A DNA stretch of 64,000 nt from an uncultured Planctomycetota bacterium (lineage in GTDB: Bacteria > Planctomycetota > PLA2 > JAEUHO01). The translations under genes were made by a program, and so were the position numbers. The notes below the pieces were generated by a model. The model did no database searches. It worked only from the letters and a program-made list of their open reading frames with translations, and was not told where the DNA came from. Location of the stretch: contig CAVVXN010000002.1 in assembly GCA_963752285.1 (NCBI GenBank), positions 192,001 to 256,000 on the forward strand. Direction: 5' to 3'. Below are positions 47,643-57,290 of the stretch, piece after piece; position 1 is the first letter of the stretch, and each line of letters starts with the position of its first letter.

Positions 47643-49439
47643 ATGAACGTCGGCCTCGTGATGGTCGTGATGGTCGCGTGCCTGGCGCTCGGGTACCGCC
47701 TCTACGGACGATTCGTGGCCCGGCAGGTGGGGGTGGACCCCGACCGGCCCACGCCGGCGGTGACCCACGAAGACGGCGTGGACTACGTCCCCACGCGGGG
47801 CCCCGTCCTCTTCGGGCAGCACTACGCCTCGATCGCCGCGGCGGGTCCGATCGTCGGACCCACCCTCGCGCTGATGTGGGGGTACATGCCCGCGTGGCTG
47901 TGGATCGTCCTCGGCGTGATCTTCGTGGGCGCGGTCCACGACTTCACGGCGCTCTTCGTGACGATGCGGGAGGGCGGCCGCTCGGTGGCCGAGGTCGCGC
48001 GCAAGACGCTCGGCACGACCGGATTCGTGCTCTTCGTGGGCTTCTCGCTCTTCCTCTGCGTGCTCGTCTCGGCCGCGTTCCTCGACCTGACGGCGGTCGC
48101 GCTCACCTCGACCTGGTCCCTCGCCGACCTGGGCCTCCCGGCGGGACAGACGCTCGTCCGCGTCATCGGCACGGGAGACACGCTGCCGAACGGAGCCGTC
48201 GCCGCCGCGCCGCAGGCGGTCATCGGCGGGATCGCGTCCACGTCCGTGATCGCGCTCACGCTCCTCGCGCCGCTCGTCGGCTGGCTGATCGTGAGGCGCC
48301 GGGTCCCGATCAAGTGGATGAGCCCCGCGGCGCTCGCGATCTGCCTCGCCACGGTCTGGGTCGGCTTCCACGCGCCGCTCACGGTCGTCCCCAGCACGTG
48401 GATCCTGATCGTCGCGGGCTACACGCTCGTCGCGGGGTTCGTTCCGGTCTGGGTGCTGCTCCAGCCCCGCGACTTCGTGAACGTGCACCTCCTCTACCTG
48501 GGCCTCCTCGCGATGGTCGTGGGCGTCGTGGCCTGCGGCCTCGCCGGCGTCACGGTGTCGGGGCCCGCGTTCGCCGCGTCGGGCACGGTCGGGAACATCG
48601 GGCTCCTCTGGCCGTTCCTCTTCGTCACGATCGCGTGCGGCGCGGTGTCGGGCGCGCACGCGCTGATCGCGGGAGGGACGACCTGCAAGATGATCGCGTC
48701 GGAACGGCACTGCCCCCCGATCGGGTACGGCTGCATGCTCCTCGAGGGCCTGCTCGCGATCTGCGTCACGCTCGTGCTGCTGGGCGGCCTCGGCTACGAC
48801 AAGTACGCGTCGATCGTCTGGCCGCGCGGACCGGGAGGCGAGTTCTTGAAGGGCAACGCGCCCCTCGCGTTCGCCGCCGGCGTGGGCGGGACCCTCCAGA
48901 AGGGACTCGGTCTCCCCATGATCTACGGGACGCTCTTCGGGATCCTGCTCCTCGAGGGCTTCCTCGTCACCACGGTGGACACGATCGTGCGTCTCTCGCG
49001 CTATCTGGTCGAGGAGATCTGGAGCGTGGCGTGGCCCTCGCGCCCGGCGTTCTTCCGGAACCGCGCGGTGAACACGCTGGTGCCCCTCGTCCCGATCGTG
49101 GCCCTCGCGCTCGCGAAGGGATACAAGCGCATCTGGCCCATCTTCGGCTCGGCGAATCAGCTCCTGGCCGCGCTCACGCTGATCGCGGGCGCGCTCTGGC
49201 TCCACCAGAAGGCGAAGAAGACGTGGTTCGCCGCGATCCCCGCCGTCTTCATGGTGGTGACCACGATGACCTCGATCGGGTGGCTCGTGACACGCGACGC
49301 GGGGCGCGGCGACGTCGTCCTCCTGGTCGTGGACCTCGCGCTCCTCGCCATGGCGCTCGGGGTCGTGGCCATCACGCTCGGCCGGATCGCGAGGTTCCGC
49401 GCCGCGCGGTCCGTGGACGTGGCGGCCGTCCGGGAGTGA
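47643..49439 (+). CDS. cstA: Carbon starvation protein A family transporter
   Basis: TPA...DGVDYVP, SIAAAGPIVGP, GAVHDF, PVWVLLQPRD, FVTIACGAVSG, IWPIFGSANQLLA. Confidence 0.94.
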   Translation: MNVGLVMVVMVACLALGYRLYGRFVARQVGVDPDRPTPAVTHEDGVDYVPTRGPVLFGQHYASIAAAGPIVGPTLALMWGYMPAWLWIVLGVIFVGAVHDFTALFVTMREGGRSVAEVARKTLGTTGFVLFVGFSLFLCVLVSAAFLDLTAVALTSTWSLADLGLPAGQTLVRVIGTGDTLPNGAVAAAPQAVIGGIASTSVIALTLLAPLVGWLIVRRRVPIKWMSPAALAICLATVWVGFHAPLTVVPSTWILIVAGYTLVAGFVPVWVLLQPRDFVNVHLLYLGLLAMVVGVVACGLAGVTVSGPAFAASGTVGNIGLLWPFLFVTIACGAVSGAHALIAGGTTCKMIASERHCPPIGYGCMLLEGLLAICVTLVLLGGLGYDKYASIVWPRGPGGEFLKGNAPLAFAAGVGGTLQKGLGLPMIYGTLFGILLLEGFLVTTVDTIVRLSRYLVEEIWSVAWPSRPAFFRNRAVNTLVPLVPIVALALAKGYKRIWPIFGSANQLLAALTLIAGALWLHQKAKKTWFAAIPAVFMVVTTMTSIGWLVTRDAGRGDVVLLVVDLALLAMALGVVAITLGRIARFRAARSVDVAAVRE

Positions 49440-49494
49440 TCCGGACGGGCCCCCGCCGGGGCCCGGGTCCGCCCCCGGCGGCTATACTCCCGGC

Positions 49495-51105
49495 GTGAAC
49501 GCCCCCCGCCTTCCGCCCCCCCCGCGGCGGGGCCACGTCGCGGGGTCCCCGACGCTCTCGTCGTGCCTTCGTGGGCTCCACCTCGGCGGCCTCGTCCTCC
49601 CGGGCCTGCTCGGGCTCCTCGGCGTCGTCGTCGTCCCGGCTCCAGCCCGGGCGCACGAGGTCGAGACGAAGGACGGCACCGTCTACGAGGGGAAGATCAT
49701 CGTGGACGACGACGAGCACGTGGTCGTGCTGACCACGTTCGACGGGCGGAAGTCGGTGCCCCGCGCGGACGTCGTCCGCGAGGACAAGTTCGTCCCGCCC
49801 CTCCGGGACCAGCTCGCGTACCGCGCGGACCTCGCGAAGGACTCGGTCCCCGACCTCTTCGCTCTCTACAAGTGGGCGAAGGAGAAGGGCTTCGAGCCCG
49901 AGCTCGTCCAGATCCTGGAGCGCATCGTAGAGATCGATCCGAAGAGCGCGCGCGCCCACAAGCTCCTCGGCCACGTGAAGGTGAAGGACGCCTGGATGAC
50001 CCCGGACGAGAAGGCCGCCCAGGACGCGGCCGCGCACGACGCGGAGATGCGCGCGAAGGGGCTCGTCCCGTACCAGGGCCGCTGGGTGACGCCCGAGGAG
50101 AAGGACGCCCTCGAGAAGGGCCTCGTGAAGGACGGCGACCAGTGGGTCACCGAGGAAGAGCTCCACCGGCGTCGCGGCGAGAAGAAGGTGGACGGGAAGT
50201 GGGTCCGGGTCGGCGAGGCCGAGGGCAAGGCCTGGCTCGAGGAGCTCCGCCAGGGCCACGTCGCGGTGTCGTACCGCTGGAGCCCGCACGTGGACCTCTA
50301 CGGCGACACCGACGAGGAGACCACCAAGACGGTCCTCGACGGCGCGGAGGCCGCGTGGCGCGCGCTCTACCAGGTCCTCGCCCCGGGACCCGACGAGATG
50401 CCGGAGGGGGTGGACGGGCGGATCCGCATCCACGTCTTCACGAAGCAGCCCGGCTACGCGCGGTTCGTCCAGGTGTTCGACGGCAAGGCGAAGTGTTCCG
50501 AGGTGTCGCCGGGCTGGATGCGGTCGGCCCAGCGCCAGCACGCTTTCTGGTGGGTCCAGCCGATCGGCGTCGTCGGCGCGTACAAGTTCCCGAACACGAC
50601 GCGGACGCTACGGAGCAACGCCGTCCACAACATGGGCTTCCTGCTCCTGACCCAGTACCACTTCGACTACCGGTTCCCCCCGGCCTGGCTCGAGGAGGGC
50701 TTCGCGTACCTGCTCGAGATGGAGGCGTACGGCTCGTCGGACACCTTCAACCTGCACCAGCAGGGCACGGCCGCCGCGTCGGGCGCGGGCCAGACGCCGT
50801 GGGCCGACACCGAGCAGTGGCGCGGGCTCTTGAAGGACCTCGTCTCGCAGGGGCAGGACGTGTCGGCCAAGCGACTCTCCGTCATGCCGGCCGACCAGCT
50901 CGGCTACCCGGAGCTCGCGAAGTCCTGGAGCCTGCTCGAGCTCCTCTACCGGACGGATGCCAAGAAGCTCCGGGCGTTCCTCGCCGCCACGAAGGACCGC
51001 TCGAAGTCGGTCGAGGACGCGCTGAAGGAGGCGTACGGCTGGACCTGGCACGACCTCGACGAGAAGTGGCACGCCTACGTCGCGGCCGACTTCCGCGTGA
51101 CGTGA
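49495..51105 (+). CDS. Secreted hypothetical protein with GxVxxxGxW repeats and a degenerate zincin-like domain
   Basis: Signal peptide ending ARA; TKDGTVYEGKI; GLVPYQGRWV, GLVKDGDQWV, GEKKVDGKWV; AVHNMG...PAWLEEGFA. Confidence 0.8.
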   Translation: MNAPRLPPPPRRGHVAGSPTLSSCLRGLHLGGLVLPGLLGLLGVVVVPAPARAHEVETKDGTVYEGKIIVDDDEHVVVLTTFDGRKSVPRADVVREDKFVPPLRDQLAYRADLAKDSVPDLFALYKWAKEKGFEPELVQILERIVEIDPKSARAHKLLGHVKVKDAWMTPDEKAAQDAAAHDAEMRAKGLVPYQGRWVTPEEKDALEKGLVKDGDQWVTEEELHRRRGEKKVDGKWVRVGEAEGKAWLEELRQGHVAVSYRWSPHVDLYGDTDEETTKTVLDGAEAAWRALYQVLAPGPDEMPEGVDGRIRIHVFTKQPGYARFVQVFDGKAKCSEVSPGWMRSAQRQHAFWWVQPIGVVGAYKFPNTTRTLRSNAVHNMGFLLLTQYHFDYRFPPAWLEEGFAYLLEMEAYGSSDTFNLHQQGTAAASGAGQTPWADTEQWRGLLKDLVSQGQDVSAKRLSVMPADQLGYPELAKSWSLLELLYRTDAKKLRAFLAATKDRSKSVEDALKEAYGWTWHDLDEKWHAYVAADFRVT

Positions 51106-51124
51106 GGAGCGCGAGAGCGACCTG

Positions 51125-52930
51125 ATGCGATCTGGCCGAGGTGTCCTCGCCCGCACCCTCCGATCCTCCCCGTCCGAACGGAGCCGGTTCCGGGCGGGCG
51201 TCGCCCGGTGCGCGCTCCTCGCGCTCTTCGCGGCCACGCTCGGACCCGGGCTCCCCTCGGCCCGCGCGGACGAGCGCGACCGCGAGCCCGCGCCGCCCGC
51301 GGTCTTCTTCCCCGACCCCGACCCGGTCACCGCGAAGGAGATCGAGGAGCTCGAGGAGAACTCCTACGAGGACCTCAACAAGGCGCCCGTCGCACGCGAC
51401 CTCCAGGTGCGTCGCTACGGGGTGTGGAGCGTCTCGAAGCTCGCCTTCGACCTCCGCCAGCAGTCGGTCGAGGCGCGTACCTGGAACGCGGCGCTGACGG
51501 CGTTCGCCCTCCGCGACCGTCTCGGGGACGCGCCGGAGCTGTGGCCGCTCCTCGAGCCCCTGGTGCGGATCGTGGAGGTCAGCCCGGAGCCGTACCGCCC
51601 GGCGTTCTCGATGCTCGCCCTCGGCGCCTTCCGCGGTCCCGAGCACCTGCCGCCCGACCCGCCTCACCCCGACCCCCTGGTCCTGCGCGCCCCGGAGCAC
51701 GCGGCGAAGAGCGCGATCGAGGCCGGCCTCGACGCGATCACGCACCGGCTCGACGACGGGCACCCGAGCGTGGAGGTCGCGGCGGCGCTCGCGCTGGGCA
51801 AGTCCGGGGCCTCGAGCGCGCGCGAGCGGCTCCAGGCGGAGGTCCGCCTGGCCGACCAGGCGAAGGTCGAGCCCCGCATGGCCGTCCTCGTGAGCGTCGG
51901 CCTCCTGCCGCGTCCGGGCGACGACGCGATCCTGATCCGCGCGCTCTCCGACCCCGAACGACGGATCCGGCGCGCCGCGGCGCTCGCGGTGACGCTCCAG
52001 GCCCTCCACGAGCCCCGTCCCGCGTGGGTGGCGGCGCCGGCGCGCGTCCTGCACGCCCTCACGGCCGACGAGATCGCCCCCCAGCTCGAGGACGGCTGGG
52101 AGGCGGTGTTCGCCCGCGGCGTTCTCGCGTCCCTCTCGGGCGACCGGCCGGAGTGGCAGACGCTCTTCGAGCTCGCCACGACGCCGTCGGCGAAGGAGGG
52201 CGCGCAGCGCGCGGCGGCCCAGGCGCTGGTCTTCTGCGAGGAGCCGTGGTTCGACCAGGAGTCCGCGGAGCGCATCGTCCGGGGCGCCGCGCTCGAGCCC
52301 GTCGTCATCGCGGCGTTCCTCCTCCACCTCGGCACGCTCGCCTCCGAGGAGGCGATCAACGCGTGCGAGCAGCTGCTGAAGAGCGCGGCCCGTCGGCCGG
52401 TCGGCAAGCCCGAGTGGGACGTGCGCTACTACGCGGTCCTCGGCCTGGTCCAGGCGCTCGTGGACGGGCGCGTGACGGACGCCGCCCGCCGGCAGCGCGT
52501 CGTCGAGGTCCTCGAGACCGGCGTCGCGCGGGGCCTGCAGAAGGGACCGTTCCGCGACGCGCTGGCACGCGTGCTCGAGTACGAGAAGAAGCCGGTCCTC
52601 CAGTCCGAGACGTACACCGTGCCCGAGCGACGCGTGCTCGAGCTCGAGCGGACCTTCGACGACGCGCCGGGGCTCCTCGCGCACGACCTGAAGGACCTGG
52701 CGGTGCGCCGGCTGAACGACATCGTCCCCGAGGTCTTCAACGTCAACAGCATGCGCCCGGGGACGCCCGGCAACCGGGACAAGTCCGAGATGCCCCGCCG
52801 GTTCCTGAAGGGCCTGATCGACCACTACCCGTACTTCTCCCGTCTGGACCTCCTCGCCGACCGCGGCTACCGCCCGCGCCCCGCCATGCCCCACGGCGAC
52901 GACCCCCGTCTCGAGGTGGACCGCCGATGA
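51125..52930 (+). CDS. Secreted HEAT-repeat protein
   Basis: Signal peptide ending ARA; LDDGHPSVEVAAALALGK, LSDPERRIRRAAALA; ATGA overlap with the kinase. Confidence 0.8.
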   Translation: MRSGRGVLARTLRSSPSERSRFRAGVARCALLALFAATLGPGLPSARADERDREPAPPAVFFPDPDPVTAKEIEELEENSYEDLNKAPVARDLQVRRYGVWSVSKLAFDLRQQSVEARTWNAALTAFALRDRLGDAPELWPLLEPLVRIVEVSPEPYRPAFSMLALGAFRGPEHLPPDPPHPDPLVLRAPEHAAKSAIEAGLDAITHRLDDGHPSVEVAAALALGKSGASSARERLQAEVRLADQAKVEPRMAVLVSVGLLPRPGDDAILIRALSDPERRIRRAAALAVTLQALHEPRPAWVAAPARVLHALTADEIAPQLEDGWEAVFARGVLASLSGDRPEWQTLFELATTPSAKEGAQRAAAQALVFCEEPWFDQESAERIVRGAALEPVVIAAFLLHLGTLASEEAINACEQLLKSAARRPVGKPEWDVRYYAVLGLVQALVDGRVTDAARRQRVVEVLETGVARGLQKGPFRDALARVLEYEKKPVLQSETYTVPERRVLELERTFDDAPGLLAHDLKDLAVRRLNDIVPEVFNVNSMRPGTPGNRDKSEMPRRFLKGLIDHYPYFSRLDLLADRGYRPRPAMPHGDDPRLEVDRR

Positions 52931-55900
52931 GCCCCCGCAACGAGGACTTCCTCTTCGCGCAGGAGGCCCAGCGCCAGGGCTACGTCAGCGAGGCCCAGGT
53001 CGAGGAGGGCTTCCAGCTCCAGCGGCGCATGGTGGACGAGCTCGAGCTGGACGAGCGGCTGTCGGTGATCCTCGTGAAGCGAGGCTGGCTCGCCGACCCG
53101 CAGGCGCGGCGCGTGTACGCGCAGATCGACCCCAAGGGACGCCCCGACGAGATCTCGGGCTACGAGATCGTGGAGAAGATCGGACGCGGCGCGATGGGGA
53201 CCGTCTACAAGGCGATCCACACGAGCCTGCAGCGCCCCGTCGCCATCAAGATCCTCCGGAGCGACCTGGCCCGCGAGACGATCCACGTCGCGCGCCTGAA
53301 GGAGGAGGCGAAGCTCCTCGCGAGCCTCGACCACCCGAACATCGTCCGCGCCCTCGACGCGGGCGAGGCGGCCGGCTTCCCCTTCGTCGTGATGGAGTAC
53401 GTCGAGGGCGACTCGCTGAAGGACCGGATCGCGCGCCGCGGCCCCCTGAAGGAGGTGGACGCGCTCAAGATCGTCCAGCAGATGGCGGACGCCCTCGAAC
53501 GCGCCCGGCGCATGGGCGTCGTGCACCGGGACGTGAAGCCCGGGAACATCATCCTCTCGCGCTCGGGCGCGCCGAAGCTGATGGACCTCGGCCTCGCGAA
53601 GGGCCCCGTGGACGTGGGCCTGACCCAGCACGGCGCGACGGTCGGCACCCCGCAGTACATCTCGCCGGAGCAGGCCCAGGACGCCCGGCGCGCGGACACG
53701 CGGAGCGACATCTACAGCCTGGGCGCGACCCTCTACGCGATGCTCACGGGCCGGCCGCCGTTCACCGGGACGAGCCTCGCCGAAGTCCTGTCGAAGGTCC
53801 TCTACGAGTCGCCGACGCCGGTGCGCGTCCTGAACCGCGCGGTGAGCCCCGACGCCGCGTACCTCGTCGAGCGCATGATGCTGAAGGACCCGAGCCTCCG
53901 GCACCGCACGCCCGCCGAGGTCGCCGAGGACGCCGCCGCGATCCTCGCGGGGCGTTCGATCATCCCCGCCGGGTTCCGCGGCAACTGGGAGGCCTACCTC
54001 CTCCGGCGGCGGATCCGGCGGTGGACGCGGTGGGGGGCGGCGGCCGTCCTCGCGACTGCGCTCCTCGGGGGGGGCACCCTCCTGGTGGTGAGCCACCAGC
54101 GGTCGCTCCGGACCGCCGCGGAGGCCCGCACCGCGGTACGGGAGGTGCTCGGCTCCACCGAGATCGGGCCCTCGGACTCCACGGGCGAGATCCAGCAGAA
54201 GCTGATGGCCGCGCGCCACGCCCTCGAGCTGTACCGCGGTCTCGACGGCGTGGACACGAAGCCCCTCCAGCAGCAGATCGAGGTGCTCGCGGGAGAGGCG
54301 GCGGGCCTCGCCCACGTGGAGAAGGACCTCGCGCCCCAGGTGGAGAAGCTGCTCGGGGAGCACGCCTTCGCCGCCGCGCTCGACAAGGTCCGGGAGGGCC
54401 AGGAGGCGATCTCGGGCGACGGGCCCGCCCGGCAGGCCGCGGACGCGCTCCAGCAGCGGATCCGCGTGGCCTCCCACGAGGCGTTCTACCGTCTCGCCGC
54501 GGACGCGTCCGTGACCGTCTTCCAGGATCTCGACGACGCCCGCCGACGTTGGGAGCGCCGGCGGAGCGTGCTCGCGACGCCGTTCGTCGCCGACGCCGAG
54601 GTCGTCCGCGCGCGGGAGCTGGCGGACCACGGCGCCGACGCGCTCGGGAAGGTCGCCGGGCGCGTTCGCGACGTCGAGGAGCGGTTCTCGGCGACCTCCC
54701 TCGCACCCCGGCTCGCGTCGTTCGACATCGCCGCGGTGCAGACCGACCTCTTCGCGAGGCGCAAGGAGGCCGTCGCCTTCGCGGAGAACGAGTGGGGTCC
54801 CCTCGAGGACGCCGGGCTCGGTCGCGCGCGCGACGTGCGGCGGATGGTCGAGGCGCGCCTCGCGCGGCTCGACCCGGTCGTGGACGAGGCCGTGGAGGCG
54901 CTCGTCCGCGAGGTGGACGAGAAGGTCCGCCAGAGCGCGGAGGCGGGGAAGGTGGACGACGCGCTCGCGCTCCTCGACCGACTGGAGTCCGCGCTGCGTG
55001 CCGGGGGCTACCCCCTCCTCGCGGAGAAGACGGCGGAGGAGCGCCGGGCCCTGGCCGAGAGACAGCGCCTGGAGCTCGAGCGCGCGCGGGAGGACCTCTC
55101 GTCGATCCTGAAGGACGTCCGCGAGCGCGCGCGCGCCGGCAAGGCCGACGCCATCCGGGCCCTCGTTGCGGAGACCCTCCAGACGAAGGAGACCTCCTGG
55201 CCGTTTCGCGAGGCGGTCGAGGGTCTCGGACGCGTGGCCGACGCGCTCGACGAGGTCGTGGGCGCCGCGCTCTCGGGACTCGAGCGGCGCGGTCGCGTGG
55301 AGGACGTGCGGCTCCGGAACGGGAAGACCGAGAAACGGTGGGTCGTGGAGTCGGTGGACCCCCCGACGCGGACCGTCTCGATCGCCACGTCGAAGGGCGC
55401 GGTCGAGAAGCGGTCCCTCCTCGACGTGGACCCCGCCCTGCTCCTGGCGTGGGCCGCGCCGGCCGACGGCGACCCGCCCCCGCGGTTCGAGGTCGTGACA
55501 CGGCTCATGGCGCTGGGCGAGGAGGAGCCGAGGGACCTGAGGCCGCACCGCGACGCGCTCGATGCGCTCGCCGCGGCATTCGACCGTGCGGGCTGGGAGG
55601 GGCCCCTCCACGACTGGGCCAAGGCGGAGAGCGACCGCTCGAACACGCAGCAGAACGCGCGCGAGCGCGACGCCGTGGAGCAGATCTCGACCGTCGACTT
55701 CTACATGATCCGGCGCGAGCCCGAGTACGCGCGCCCCGCGCTCCTTCGGCTGCTCCTGCCGGACGACCCGCTGCGGTACACCGACGTGTTCGACCAGCAG
55801 CGCGAGCGTCTCGAACGCGACCTGGAGACCGTGAACGCGCAGCTGGCGAACCTGAAGCTCGCGGACCACGTCCCGGGTGCGCGGATCCAGGACGCGGGCG

Positions 55901-56694
55901 GCGGCCGGACCTCGGTCCGCTTCCGCTTCGAGTCGGGCGAGGAGCTCGAGTCGTTCCGCCGGGACCCCGGACGGGGCGTCGGCGCGATCGAGCGGTACAC
56001 GACCGAGCGTTCGGTCACGCCGGGGACGACGACGCAACGCCTGCACCTCCTCCGGGGGGAGGAGGGGATCGACCGTCACGCGCCGCTCGTCTTCCCCTCC
56101 CTCTTCGACCCCGCCGCGCCGATCGACGTCCAGTTCACGCTCTTCACGCTGAAGAGCCCGTTCTTCCTCGCCGTGGACGTGGACGGCCTGCAGGTGGCCA
56201 TCCTCTCCGCCGATCCCACGTCCACCGCGTGGAACGCGCGCTGGCGGTTCCCGGACGACGTTCCGAAGCTCCCCGACGAACGCCGGACGCCGAACGTCGC
56301 GTGGTACGGCCGCGGTCGTGGCGTCGCGTTCCACGCCGGTCGGGGCTTCGGCGAGCCGACCGACAAGAAGACGTGGGACTGGCCCGACGCGTCGGGCGCC
56401 CGGAACCGGGAAGAGTGGCCGCACAGCAAGGATCTCGGCGGCCGCCTCTTCGCGTTCGGCGCCGACGAGGTGCACCGCGTGAAGGTCTCTCGAGAGCGCG
56501 GTCGCCTCTCGCTCTTCGTGGACGACCACCTCGTGGCGCGTGAGGAGAAGGAGCCGTGGGCCCGGATCGGCAAGCAGAGCGACAAGGACCACCGCGTACG
56601 CGGCGGCACCGGCCTGATCCAGATCTGGACCTGGACCCCCCAGGCGATCGACGACCTCGAGATCACCGGCGCCGTTCGGGACGAGTACCGGTGA
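52927..56694 (+). CDS. Transmembrane Hanks-type Ser/Thr protein kinase
   Basis: IGRGAMGTVY, VAIK, HPNIV, HRDVKPGN, DLGLAK, GTPQYISPEQ, SDIYSLG; one TM; long helical and beta-rich C-terminal region. Confidence 0.95.
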   Translation: MSPRNEDFLFAQEAQRQGYVSEAQVEEGFQLQRRMVDELELDERLSVILVKRGWLADPQARRVYAQIDPKGRPDEISGYEIVEKIGRGAMGTVYKAIHTSLQRPVAIKILRSDLARETIHVARLKEEAKLLASLDHPNIVRALDAGEAAGFPFVVMEYVEGDSLKDRIARRGPLKEVDALKIVQQMADALERARRMGVVHRDVKPGNIILSRSGAPKLMDLGLAKGPVDVGLTQHGATVGTPQYISPEQAQDARRADTRSDIYSLGATLYAMLTGRPPFTGTSLAEVLSKVLYESPTPVRVLNRAVSPDAAYLVERMMLKDPSLRHRTPAEVAEDAAAILAGRSIIPAGFRGNWEAYLLRRRIRRWTRWGAAAVLATALLGGGTLLVVSHQRSLRTAAEARTAVREVLGSTEIGPSDSTGEIQQKLMAARHALELYRGLDGVDTKPLQQQIEVLAGEAAGLAHVEKDLAPQVEKLLGEHAFAAALDKVREGQEAISGDGPARQAADALQQRIRVASHEAFYRLAADASVTVFQDLDDARRRWERRRSVLATPFVADAEVVRARELADHGADALGKVAGRVRDVEERFSATSLAPRLASFDIAAVQTDLFARRKEAVAFAENEWGPLEDAGLGRARDVRRMVEARLARLDPVVDEAVEALVREVDEKVRQSAEAGKVDDALALLDRLESALRAGGYPLLAEKTAEERRALAERQRLELERAREDLSSILKDVRERARAGKADAIRALVAETLQTKETSWPFREAVEGLGRVADALDEVVGAALSGLERRGRVEDVRLRNGKTEKRWVVESVDPPTRTVSIATSKGAVEKRSLLDVDPALLLAWAAPADGDPPPRFEVVTRLMALGEEEPRDLRPHRDALDALAAAFDRAGWEGPLHDWAKAESDRSNTQQNARERDAVEQISTVDFYMIRREPEYARPALLRLLLPDDPLRYTDVFDQQRERLERDLETVNAQLANLKLADHVPGARIQDAGGGRTSVRFRFESGEELESFRRDPGRGVGAIERYTTERSVTPGTTTQRLHLLRGEEGIDRHAPLVFPSLFDPAAPIDVQFTLFTLKSPFFLAVDVDGLQVAILSADPTSTAWNARWRFPDDVPKLPDERRTPNVAWYGRGRGVAFHAGRGFGEPTDKKTWDWPDASGARNREEWPHSKDLGGRLFAFGADEVHRVKVSRERGRLSLFVDDHLVAREEKEPWARIGKQSDKDHRVRGGTGLIQIWTWTPQAIDDLEITGAVRDEYR

Positions 56695-56827
56695 GACGGT
56701 CCTACGTTCCTCGCGCGCCGGAATCCCCGGGGACGGGCCCGCGTCGAAGTGGGGGCTCGGTTCAGGCGGGGGACCCCCGTGGCCGAGAGGGTCCGCGGTT
56801 TGCTCGGTTCACCCGGCGGAGAGTCCC

Positions 56828-57271
56828 ATGAGTCCGTCCCCCGCCAGTCCGAAGCCGGCGTCCACCGGGACGCGGCCCCTGCTCGCGCTCCGCGGGACCG
56901 GCGAGGTCGCCGAGGGCGAGAACCTCGAGATCGCGCTCGGCGACGCCGTGGTGCTCGGGCGGAGCCGGCACTGCGACTGGTCCCTCAAGCGCACGCCGAC
57001 CTGGCTCAAGAGCCAGGACGCCGAGCGTCAGAGGCTCCGCGCCACCCTCTCGTGGCGCTCGACCAGCCGTCGCCACTGCCGTCTGACGTACCTGGCCCCG
57101 GACCTGCTCGACGTGGAGAACCTCTCGCAGAACGGGACGTTCGTGGACGGGAGCCCGGTGGCCCGCGTCCTCCTCAGCGACTGCCGGACGACCGCGCACC
57201 GCATCCAGCTCGGGCCGCACGGCGTCGTGCTCGAGGTCCGGCCCTCGCACCCGGCCGACGGCGACCGCTGA
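56828..57271 (+). CDS. Stand-alone FHA domain protein
   Basis: VLGRS...SRRH...NLSQNGTFVDG. Confidence 0.85.
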   Translation: MSPSPASPKPASTGTRPLLALRGTGEVAEGENLEIALGDAVVLGRSRHCDWSLKRTPTWLKSQDAERQRLRATLSWRSTSRRHCRLTYLAPDLLDVENLSQNGTFVDGSPVARVLLSDCRTTAHRIQLGPHGVVLEVRPSHPADGDR

Positions 57272-57290
57272 GCCCCCCGGCGCCGCGCGG

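Noticed and set aside
51208..52926. 1828-aa kinase as given in the ORF track
   Set aside because: The upstream part is a shadow frame over the HEAT gene; the kinase most plausibly starts at ATG 52927
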